A stretch of 18,210 nucleotides of DNA, taken from contig JAYUEN010000138.1 of NCBI GenBank assembly GCA_043739185.1, forward strand, positions 1 through 18,210. Direction: 5' to 3'. Below the pieces are notes generated by a model that worked only from the letters and a program-made list of their open reading frames with translations, was not told the DNA's origin and made no database searches. Within the stretch, counting starts at the first letter, position 1. The number at the start of each line of letters is the position of its first letter. This document shows, piece after piece, positions 7,559-15,790 of this stretch. The DNA is from Bdellovibrionales bacterium (lineage in GTDB: Bacteria; Bdellovibrionota; Bdellovibrionia; Bdellovibrionales; JAMPXM01). A program made the position numbers and the translations under genes.

Positions 7559-8560
7559 TTACAATGAGACCTGCATGAAAAAATCAGCAGAAATATTATC
7601 CGCGGTTGCGGCCGTTGGTACATCCGAAAAAGTAGCTCCCTGAGAATACAAAGGAAAGTGAATGCGAGGGCCCATAAATATAGATGGGGTGATGACGAAA
7701 TCTGCGGTGGTAAAAAGTTCAGCGGTCGTGCCGGTTGGACTAGAAGTATGCGCAATGAGACCGGTGCGCTGACCAGCTCCAAGTCGAACCCAAGGTTTTA
7801 AGCGATGATTGACTGAATTAATTAGGCCGGCGCCGTAGATGCTGTCGAGTGGTGGAGTATAACTGCCCCGGCTGAAATAATTGAAGGAAATAACTGAAGA
7901 GAAGTTCCATTGTTTAGCGAGTTTGACATTGTAAATTAAATTATAACCCAGAGTGATGTTGTTGTTGGATTGGGACTTCTCAGTGGTCGGAATTGAAGAC
8001 TTGAGCATGCCCGACAGATTTTGGTCGTCATCCTTTATTATTGGGTGAAAAAATTGTACGCTGATATCTTGAAGGCCATTTGCCGTCTGATTGGTCGGAT
8101 CAATGAGACTAACGGATTCATCAACACTTTGATTCGGATTTTCACTATTTGCTTTGACCGGCCCATTCGGACTTTTTGAATTACCTCGCGCCCGTCTATT
8201 TGTTTGTCGGTTATCAGCCATCAGTGGATCATTACTAACATCATGAGTGCGATGGTGATTGGTATAAGAATAGCCTTCGCTTACCAAAAAACCCCAGCCC
8301 GTTTTTGAGCGTACTCCAAAATAGATTTCATCTCTTGAGCGAAGATAGTTCCCCATTTGCGATATGGCACCAAAAGCATTCTGTGATTTTAGGCCTATAG
8401 TAAATGGACTCACGTCTTTTTGAGAATTCAACTCTCCCATGGTGGAGCGAACTGCGTAAGCCAAATCAACTGCTTCTGCAGCAAGTGCAAAAGTTGTTTT
8501 GTAAAGAGTGACGAGAACGATGGCGAAAATAAATTGCGCTGACAATCTCTTTGATTTCAT
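7559..8560 (-). CDS. Hypothetical outer-membrane beta-barrel protein with a long polar loop
   Basis: It has an AAGGA RBS and a signal peptide ending in ALA. Alternating strands include TLGYNLIYNVKL, WNFSSVISFNYF, WVRLGAGQ and the terminal ISADFFMQVSL. Confidence 0.65.
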   Translation of the reverse strand: MKSKRLSAQFIFAIVLVTLYKTTFALAAEAVDLAYAVRSTMGELNSQKDVSPFTIGLKSQNAFGAISQMGNYLRSRDEIYFGVRSKTGWGFLVSEGYSYTNHHRTHDVSNDPLMADNRQTNRRARGNSKSPNGPVKANSENPNQSVDESVSLIDPTNQTANGLQDISVQFFHPIIKDDDQNLSGMLKSSIPTTEKSQSNNNITLGYNLIYNVKLAKQWNFSSVISFNYFSRGSYTPPLDSIYGAGLINSVNHRLKPWVRLGAGQRTGLIAHTSSPTGTTAELFTTADFVITPSIFMGPRIHFPLYSQGATFSDVPTAATADNISADFFMQVSL

Positions 8561-8617
8561 ATCATCCTTTTAAAAGAAGCGATATGTAGCTCAGAACATC
8601 AGCGGAGCAAAGTTTTG

Positions 8618-9025
8618 TCAACAGCTCATTCCGACAGCTGCCAGCCATTCGGGTGTAGGCAAAACTAGCCTCCGCGCTTTCAAATCAAAGAGCCCAAATG
8701 TAAATTCTGCAGTGGCGCAAATATCGGTATTCCTCACGATTGATTGTTCCAATACTCCAATTTTCTTTTGGTACGAAATGATTTTGGTTTGAATATCCAC
8801 CTCGTCGCGCGCTTTAAGTTCTTTCAAATACTTTAGCTTCACTTCTAAAATTGTAGGTCCTAAGCCGGATTCGGAGATCTTCTCCAAACCAAAACCATTT
8901 TTAGTTATCAAATCCCAACGGGCTTCTTCGAACACTACTAAATAGGCGGCATTGTTCATGTGTCCGTAAGCATCTAAATGGATTTCTTTTATATAGGTAG
9001 GGTATGAAAATACTTTTGAATTCAT
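8618..9025 (-). CDS. Acyl-CoA thioesterase, hotdog fold (YbgC/FadM/4HBT-like)
   Basis: The motifs HLDAYGHMNNAAYLVVFEEARWDL and LKYLKELKARDEV are present in a 135-aa protein. It has an AGGAG RBS and an ATGA overlap with the MMPL stop. Confidence 0.93.
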   Translation of the reverse strand: MNSKVFSYPTYIKEIHLDAYGHMNNAAYLVVFEEARWDLITKNGFGLEKISESGLGPTILEVKLKYLKELKARDEVDIQTKIISYQKKIGVLEQSIVRNTDICATAEFTFGLFDLKARRLVLPTPEWLAAVGMSC

Positions 9026-11307
9026 TTAAGCGTTCTCCTGATTAATAAATTTTTTTTTTTAGAGAGCAGCATCCACGGGAACAAATACAGGAAGGCCGGC
9101 AAGAAAATAAGGTCCCCCAGCAATCCGCCTAAGATCGATACCATCATGCAGGCGCCAAAGGTTCGATTGAGTGAAAAATATGAAAACAAAAAAACTGAAA
9201 AGCCAACGAGCATTATACAAGTTGAAATCAAACAAGGATTCCCTTCGAGATAAAAGGTTTTGCTGATGGGGAGGGGGCGGGTTGGACTTTTTAACTCTTT
9301 CAGGCGGTTTAAAACATAAACTGTATTGTTAAAAGCGAGTCCGAGTGCAATTGAAAATATAATCGCAACGCCAGGCTTTATTGGTGTATGGGTAAGAGAT
9401 AAGTAAGCAAGCAAAGCAACCGGCGGAAGCAAGTTCGGGATGCAGGCCACTAGAGCCCAGCGCAGTGATCTGAAAATAAAAGCGAGCAAAACAACGATGA
9501 TCCCGAGAGCTTGCCAAAAACCGAAAATCAATTCGTTCGACAGCTCATCATTTATAATGTGCGCGATCGCGCCCATACCGCCGACGTGAATAGCATCATT
9601 CGGAAAAAGCGCTTGCGTCCGCTGTTTGATTTTTTCAACCAAGCTTTGCGCCTCATCCGAGCCGATATCGTGAAGGCGAATCTCGACTCTCATGGATTGA
9701 CCTTCATCGGCCAAATAATTTTCAATTGGATTGTGCTCTGAAAGTGAATAAAGAAAATAGATTTCAGCGATCGCCTTTCGCGAATTTGTAAGCATTGGGT
9801 GCTCAAGATGTTCTGTCGCATGAAATAAATCAGGAATACTTCTGGCCGAGCCAATCCCAGGAGTCATGCGAAATTCTTTGAGCAATTGATCGAGTTTATT
9901 CATTCGTTCGGGGTCATTCCACACTGACTCACCCTTGGCTTGAATGATGAGTTCCATGGGAATCACGCCTCCTAGGTCACGATCAATGTGTTCGGTTGAC
10001 TTGCGCGCCTCATGTCCTTCGGGCAAATCATCAAAAAGTTTGCCGGTCCAATCGAGGTGTCGGGAATTAAGCGCAAGAATTACAGAAAAGGCCGCAATGA
10101 TACTGACTACGAATTTTGCTTTTTTTATTGTCCATAGGGCCCAACGCGCAGGATGATGAACCCACGCGCGCGGTTGGGGTATCGGAAACAACAAGAGAAA
10201 GGGTAAAATGCCAAAACTTGTGAGTAGCCATGATAAAATCACGGCTGCTGCAACTCCAATTCCGTAATTTCGAATGAGCGGTACATCGCCAAAGAGCAGG
10301 GTTAGAAAACCCACGCATGTGGTGAGGGCGCCTAAAAGATTCGGCAGCCAGATCTTTGAATTGACGGCCTTGAGCAATTGGTAGCGTGTCGCGTGGTTTT
10401 TATTTTCTTTGGCCTCTTCATCAACTCGCAATAAAAAATGCACCGAAAGTGAAACTACGGTAATGAAAACCAAGATGGGAATGGTTGCAGATAAGATCGT
10501 GAAGGCTAGTCCGCTCCAGGCCATCATAGCAAAAACCATTAGGTTGGCAAAAGCTGTTAAAATAAGTGGAATCAATATGGTTGAGAGGCTGCGAAAAATT
10601 AAAAATAAAGTCAGCGCGCAGGCTACGATTGTAAGTGCAATGAAATTTTGCAACTCTTTATTGAGAAGTAATCCGAGATCTGTTTGCACGGCGGGAACTC
10701 CGCCAATGCTCATTTGCAAATCTGAAAAATTGGCCGCCAATTTTTCTTTGAGTTTTCCTTGAAAGCCCATTAGAAGCTTCACTTTTGCGTCTTTGAGCTG
10801 AACATAGATCAATGCCGTGCGGGCATTTGCGGAAATGAATTGTGGCGAAAGTAAAACATCAGTCAAAATACGTTCACGCCATTTCTCAGGCGGAGTCACT
10901 TTGATTAAAGGGCCAATATTTAAAACTCCACCTGCTTCACTTGCGCCATCAATATTTGATAAGCTCACGGCATTTCGTACGCCCTCGATTTGTTTGATTT
11001 GATCGGTGGCGGTTAGGAGTTGAACAAGGCGATCTTTTTCTAACCAGCTGCCAGATTGATTTGTCGGTAGGGTCAGAATCGCCACAAAAAGTGGAAGATC
11101 TTCTAGATGAAAATGGCTTCTCACTTCTCTATCCATTTGAATAGCCGGATGGTGCTCAGGTAAGAATTGCATGATCGAATATTCGGTTTGCAGATTGCGT
11201 AAACCGAATGAGCCAAGAACTGCTAATAGAAGACCAAAGACAAGACCCAAATAAGCAAATTTCTTGCTTTTTTGTGAACTTGAAAACTCTGAATCTTTAT
11301 GCCTCAT
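9022..11307 (-). CDS. MMPL/RND family transporter
   Basis: 761 aa with two halves, each TM + periplasmic domain + 5 TM. Motifs include IGGVPAV, LIFRSL, ALTTCVGFLTLL...VPLIRNYG, FIFRSLRWALVACIPNLLP and GDLIFLPAFL. Confidence 0.93.
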   Translation of the reverse strand: MRHKDSEFSSSQKSKKFAYLGLVFGLLLAVLGSFGLRNLQTEYSIMQFLPEHHPAIQMDREVRSHFHLEDLPLFVAILTLPTNQSGSWLEKDRLVQLLTATDQIKQIEGVRNAVSLSNIDGASEAGGVLNIGPLIKVTPPEKWRERILTDVLLSPQFISANARTALIYVQLKDAKVKLLMGFQGKLKEKLAANFSDLQMSIGGVPAVQTDLGLLLNKELQNFIALTIVACALTLFLIFRSLSTILIPLILTAFANLMVFAMMAWSGLAFTILSATIPILVFITVVSLSVHFLLRVDEEAKENKNHATRYQLLKAVNSKIWLPNLLGALTTCVGFLTLLFGDVPLIRNYGIGVAAAVILSWLLTSFGILPFLLLFPIPQPRAWVHHPARWALWTIKKAKFVVSIIAAFSVILALNSRHLDWTGKLFDDLPEGHEARKSTEHIDRDLGGVIPMELIIQAKGESVWNDPERMNKLDQLLKEFRMTPGIGSARSIPDLFHATEHLEHPMLTNSRKAIAEIYFLYSLSEHNPIENYLADEGQSMRVEIRLHDIGSDEAQSLVEKIKQRTQALFPNDAIHVGGMGAIAHIINDELSNELIFGFWQALGIIVVLLAFIFRSLRWALVACIPNLLPPVALLAYLSLTHTPIKPGVAIIFSIALGLAFNNTVYVLNRLKELKSPTRPLPISKTFYLEGNPCLISTCIMLVGFSVFLFSYFSLNRTFGACMMVSILGGLLGDLIFLPAFLYLFPWMLLSKKKNLLIRRTLK

Positions 11308-11536
11308 GTCATCCTTTTGCTAAAGACTTGTAAGAACTTAATTAATTGTCGATCTTGGCTTGCTGTCAAGGTTTCAATGCGAAAGCAGCAGTAGGCTAAA
11401 TACACGAATCTAAATTGTTCCAGTAATGTAAAATTTTGAAACTGGTGCAAAAACAATCATCTGACGAAATTAATACTAGAAAAACTTGCGATGAGCGAAT
11501 AGCGTCTACTGGATCCTGTGGGGGGAGATAAAGCGA

Positions 11537-12793
11537 ATGCATATAATTCATTTAGCAACTATTTTTACTGGAGTTTTATTTCTGTATTTGGCATACAGAA
11601 CACGCTCGTTTACCAAGGCCTTATTTGCGCTGAGAAGACAAAATATTGATAAGCTTGAAAAAATGGCTCTTGATGCAAAGAATCCTAAAGCTTGGCCTAA
11701 ATTGAGTTTGGTTATACCTGCGCGAGACGAAGGTTTAACAATTGAGGCGGCCACTAAATCACTTTTAAAAATTCAGTATCCTAATTTAGAGATAGTTTTT
11801 GTCGATGATCGCTCAGTTGATCAAACTGGCGTAATTATGGACCGCGTTGCGGCGGCAAACCCTCATGTGAAAGTGATTCATGTAAAAGACTTGCCAAAGA
11901 ACTGGTTAGGAAAAGTGCACGCTATGCATTGTGGAGTGGCCGCGACTTCTGGTGATTGGGTGCTGATGACCGATGCCGATGTTCATTTTTCTGAGAAGTC
12001 TTTAAAAAAGGCGATCGCTTACAGTCTTGAAAATAATTTAGATTTTTTAACCGTCATCCCGGATTTGCTCACGCCAACGTTTTCATTGCAGCTGATGATG
12101 GTGCAACTTTTTCATCAAGCTACGATCTTTTTTAATCCCAAAAAGATCAATGATCCAAATCAAAAGATCAGTTATGGTATGGGCGCCTTTTTAATGTTTA
12201 AGCGCTCAACTTACGAGAGATCAGAAGGCCTTGAGTGGATCAAGATGGAAGTCGTAGATGACAGTGGTTTTGCGCTTGTCATGCGAAGAGCCGGCGGTCG
12301 CTTGGGTTGTGTATCAGGTCGAAAAGAAATTAGTGTCGAATGGTACCCAACACTTCGTTCGATGTTATGTGGATTAGAAAAGAATGCTTTTGCCGTCTGC
12401 CAATATTCGATGACTTATGTTCTGACCGCACTTTCAGTTACCTGGATGATTTTCTTGGGTTTTACTCTGCTACCGGTTTTGTCTAAGAGCTGGGGGTATG
12501 TGAGTTTTAGCTTCGGCTGTATATTTTTGTATTTGCTAGCAGTTGAGCAGCAAATCAAGAGTTTAATGCAAGTGCGACTGATGAGCATAGTATTGTTTCC
12601 GGTGTCTTTCGTTTTACTTCCCCTCATCTTTTTGAGGGCGGCGATTTTGGCGATCAAGCGAAATGGCATTCAGTGGCGAGGCACTTTTTATTCTTTAGAA
12701 GATTTGAAGGCAAATCAAAGAATGAAGATGGTCAATTTGGTATTTGCCAAAGAAGATGTGCAAAGCAATCAGCTCGCTTATAAAGTCAAATAA
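11537..12793 (+). CDS. Membrane-anchored family 2 glycosyltransferase (CrtQ/HpnB-like subfamily)
   Basis: It has a GGGAG RBS and an N-terminal TM. Motifs include LSLVIPARDE, VFVDDRSVDQT, LPKNWLGKVHA, LMTDAD (DxD) and VVDD, with C-terminal TMs and IQWRG. Confidence 0.92.
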   Translation: MHIIHLATIFTGVLFLYLAYRTRSFTKALFALRRQNIDKLEKMALDAKNPKAWPKLSLVIPARDEGLTIEAATKSLLKIQYPNLEIVFVDDRSVDQTGVIMDRVAAANPHVKVIHVKDLPKNWLGKVHAMHCGVAATSGDWVLMTDADVHFSEKSLKKAIAYSLENNLDFLTVIPDLLTPTFSLQLMMVQLFHQATIFFNPKKINDPNQKISYGMGAFLMFKRSTYERSEGLEWIKMEVVDDSGFALVMRRAGGRLGCVSGRKEISVEWYPTLRSMLCGLEKNAFAVCQYSMTYVLTALSVTWMIFLGFTLLPVLSKSWGYVSFSFGCIFLYLLAVEQQIKSLMQVRLMSIVLFPVSFVLLPLIFLRAAILAIKRNGIQWRGTFYSLEDLKANQRMKMVNLVFAKEDVQSNQLAYKVK

Positions 12794-12801
12794 GGTTTTG
12801 G

Positions 12802-14100
12802 ATGAGAGCTTTTTTGCTGCTGCTCTCATTGATTTTTGGTTTTGCAACTTTAGTTCAAGCCGAAATATCGGGTCGAATTCACTTTGTAGAGGACGAGTTC
12901 TACGAAGCCCAAGCTTTTCCCATCGAACATTTACAAAATAATTTGAGTTTCGAACTTGAAAGCAAAAACAAGCTGAGTGATTCGACTCGCATCTTAATTG
13001 AGCCGCGCATTCAATTTTCAAGTACACCTGGATTAGTTGATTCAGGCATTGATTTCAATACGCGCGATAGTTTGTTTGAGTTCAAATCAAATGACTTTCA
13101 TTTGCAAATCGGAAGTTTTATAAAGCAATGGGAGGGGCCTGATGGCTTTAATCCCATGGATATTGCGACTGTTAAAAACTATGGCGACCCGCTCAATACT
13201 GAAAGCCTTGGTTCGGCTGGAATCAATCTTTCAGATGGAAGTAAATCTTTTACCTGGGACGCATTTTATATCCCCTGGCAAACGCACTCAAGATTGCCCG
13301 GAGAAAATTCACGTTGGTTGCCGAGGAGAACTCCGTTCCCATTAAAATCAAATTTAAACACCTTGTTGTTGCCGACGCAGCCGCAACTTCAAGTCATGGA
13401 CCATCAAGAAATCAATTTTGCTTTAGAAAATAATTTTGGATTGCGACTTCAGTTTCACGGTAAAGACTGGGACTATTCAATAGCCGCCTATCAAGGTGCT
13501 GCGCAGTTACCGTTTTTTAGAGTTCATATTGTTGGCGATTTGGTTGCAACTCTGCCAGACAATTCAACCATTACACAATTGCGAAATCCAATTCAGTTGT
13601 TGCCGGTTGAGTATTTACGTCAAAGTTTTGCAATGGGTTTTGTATCGACGCTTTCTGATACCTGGGTTTTTCGAATTGCTGGGAGATTCGATCAGCCCAT
13701 CGGTGAAGATCCTCAATTGCCGGGGCCGTCGGATCAATTTGTTGGTGGCCTTGAAAAGACTTATACGCTTTCAGGCCAAACGCTGACCTTGTCGCTTCAA
13801 TATGCCTATGGTCAAACGCTCGAATCACCAAGCGGTGTTTTGACCATAACTGACCCATTTAAAAATGCCTTCTTGTATGGAATGCGCTACCCCATTTCAG
13901 ACGAGTTGACGATGTATTTCGGTGGCAGCTGGTCACACTTGATTGGCGCTACTTACCACAGAATTCGCTTTGATAAAAAACTAAGTGATGCGTTTACTTT
14001 AGAGTTGGGCGGGGATTTAATCCGCGGTCCGCCTGAGAATTTACTCGGGGTTTGGTCCGCGCAAAGCAGAGCCAATCTTGGCCTTGCCTATCAGTTTTAA
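12802..14100 (+). CDS. Outer-membrane beta-barrel protein, DUF1302-like
   Basis: It has a signal peptide (VQA) and the motif LQIGSFIKQWEGPDGFNPMD, matching the GkQ..WG..D...P.D pattern of DUF1302-type barrels. It also has AFYIPW and a C-terminal BAM signal, LGLAYQF. It starts 8 nt after the GT2 stop. Confidence 0.75.
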   Translation: MRAFLLLLSLIFGFATLVQAEISGRIHFVEDEFYEAQAFPIEHLQNNLSFELESKNKLSDSTRILIEPRIQFSSTPGLVDSGIDFNTRDSLFEFKSNDFHLQIGSFIKQWEGPDGFNPMDIATVKNYGDPLNTESLGSAGINLSDGSKSFTWDAFYIPWQTHSRLPGENSRWLPRRTPFPLKSNLNTLLLPTQPQLQVMDHQEINFALENNFGLRLQFHGKDWDYSIAAYQGAAQLPFFRVHIVGDLVATLPDNSTITQLRNPIQLLPVEYLRQSFAMGFVSTLSDTWVFRIAGRFDQPIGEDPQLPGPSDQFVGGLEKTYTLSGQTLTLSLQYAYGQTLESPSGVLTITDPFKNAFLYGMRYPISDELTMYFGGSWSHLIGATYHRIRFDKKLSDAFTLELGGDLIRGPPENLLGVWSAQSRANLGLAYQF

Positions 14101-14102
14101 TT

Positions 14103-15608
14103 TTAAAATTTTACCGGGATTGCAATATGAGTTCCCGAGTTGATCGGAACCCAACCGTTAAAGCGCGCGATACCAATTGGCCCCAAGTCAAAACTTGGTA
14201 AAGGGTTAGAATATAAAAAACTTGTTTCTAAGTTTTTTGAAAATTTATTGATGATGAGCGGACTAATAAACTGATTGGGTCTAAAGTTACTAATATAATC
14301 GGAGCCATATTGATAGCTGACACTCGTGTTTTGAACGCTTGCCACTACTTTAAAGACGCCATCAATAATTTGCGGTGAAATATGAGCTTTGGCCTGGCCA
14401 AAAAGTTTTACAAAATTCCAGACTTTACCTTGTCTCAATGATTCGATCCAGCCAGTCGGTGATATTTGAATTTGTGCGGTACCATCTTTTAACCAAGTCA
14501 GAGCATTGAGCTTAGGGGTACTAATCGCCAAGTTAAAAGGACTATTTAAGCTGTAATTCATTAAATCGGGCCATAAGAAGAATTCGTAAAAATTAGACTT
14601 AAGAAACTGGCTAAATGAGGCATCTGAATTTAAATTTATCCGTGTCGTAATCGGAGTTGCCTCAAGCTCAGCTTCAATGAAGTTTGTCCAGCCTTGGCTT
14701 GCGGTTATTAAAACTGGTTCTGTAGCGTTCTGAAGTTCGGCGGGTACTTCGTGAATACCCAAAGGCGTAATTTGACTGGCATCCGGCACTCCATTCCAGG
14801 TAATTTGGCCATAAGCCATTAAGCCATATTTAGAAATCTGAAATTGTTTAAATGAAAGAACCAAATTGAGCGGATTTCCGCTTACTACAATTGGAGTCGG
14901 GCGTTTAATTTGATCAACGATATTATCAACTTGATCTTGAATCTTTTGCGAAAGAGCATTTTGAATATAAGGCTTCATTGTGTCCGCAGACTGCAAATTG
15001 TTTGCAAGGGCTGCTTGGATCTTACTGTCAATGCCGGCGGGACCTTGGCAATTGAGTGAGCTAATTACCCAGGTTTGTTTGGGCCACTGAAAGTTAAATT
15101 CTGTAACCTGAGTTGAAATACTTTGCGGAGAAAATTTGTAGTCAATACGAGCCGAAGCCGTTGCCGAGTTTTGATTCAGTTGTACGGGGGCGCAATTCGC
15201 CTGAACGTGAACATCAAGAGTGATTCCGCCCTGATTGCTGGTGATGACTTGATCAACCGAAATATGTTGAATTGAAATCGACATTTTCAGATTTCGCGAC
15301 TGAATATCATAGCTTTGGGCTTGAAGATTTCCGCGCGTAAATTCAGATTGAATTTGATAGCGAATTCCCGAAATATGCCAGTTGAGACCATCGACATTTA
15401 CAGTTTGATCAGGAAAACTTGATTGATCTTGAGTCGAGTATGTCGTCATCATGGTTTGCAGAGACTTCTCAAAAAATGCAAATGGAGTAAAAAGTGCGAC
15501 AATGGCGCCTTGACTAGCTGTCGCTATTGGCTTTGAAAAAGTATTGAATGAGATAGCTAAAACCAAGTTGATAATGCTTGCAATTATCCATTTTTGATTT
15601 CGTTTCAT
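14103..15608 (-). CDS. Secreted hypothetical protein (~501 aa), putative BPI/LBP/CETP (TULIP) lipid-binding fold
   Basis: The ORF track extends to 15713, but the ATG at 15608 (or 15623) gives a proper signal peptide, MKRNQKWIIASIINLVLAISF. The strand-helix-long-strands-helix pattern appears twice, with one Cys pair. The CDS is secure; the fold call is an inference. Confidence 0.6.
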   Translation of the reverse strand: MKRNQKWIIASIINLVLAISFNTFSKPIATASQGAIVALFTPFAFFEKSLQTMMTTYSTQDQSSFPDQTVNVDGLNWHISGIRYQIQSEFTRGNLQAQSYDIQSRNLKMSISIQHISVDQVITSNQGGITLDVHVQANCAPVQLNQNSATASARIDYKFSPQSISTQVTEFNFQWPKQTWVISSLNCQGPAGIDSKIQAALANNLQSADTMKPYIQNALSQKIQDQVDNIVDQIKRPTPIVVSGNPLNLVLSFKQFQISKYGLMAYGQITWNGVPDASQITPLGIHEVPAELQNATEPVLITASQGWTNFIEAELEATPITTRINLNSDASFSQFLKSNFYEFFLWPDLMNYSLNSPFNLAISTPKLNALTWLKDGTAQIQISPTGWIESLRQGKVWNFVKLFGQAKAHISPQIIDGVFKVVASVQNTSVSYQYGSDYISNFRPNQFISPLIINKFSKNLETSFLYSNPLPSFDLGPIGIARFNGWVPINSGTHIAIPVKF

Positions 15609-15719
15609 CGATTTAAGCCCCATCCCTCTGTCTACGATCTGAGTAGCCGCAGAACCTACCAAGACTTGGCCCGCAATGCTAGTTTGATTGCGGCATACTC
15701 TAAATCTTCTCATTAATGA

Positions 15720-15748
15720 TTGAAAAATTTATCCGGGACTTTTACAAT
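15720..15748 (+). promoter_or_regulatory. Sigma70-type promoter upstream of the LolA-like gene
   Basis: TTGAAA (15720-15725), a 17-bp spacer, then TACAAT (15743-15748). Confidence 0.7.
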
Positions 15749-15790
15749 GGCTTAGCTTTAAATGGGCTTTAAAATAGATTGGGCTGAAAA

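Noticed and set aside
9050..9060. A11 run (minus strand) near the MMPL 3' end as a programmed frameshift producing an MMPL-thioesterase fusion
   Set aside because: The -1 (thioesterase) frame has a TAA immediately before the thioesterase ATG, so no fusion is possible. The run just encodes KKKN in the tail, and the thioesterase has its own AGGAG RBS.
14095..14110. Terminator between convergent genes (also checked at 271-296, 3305-3317 and 17162-17177)
   Set aside because: The gaps are 2-26 nt with no GC-rich hairpin plus U-tract, so no intrinsic terminator can be supported.
15609..15713. N-terminal extension of the 536-aa ORF
   Set aside because: It would put 35 non-signal residues ahead of a clear signal peptide. 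A start at 15608 or 15623 is more plausible.
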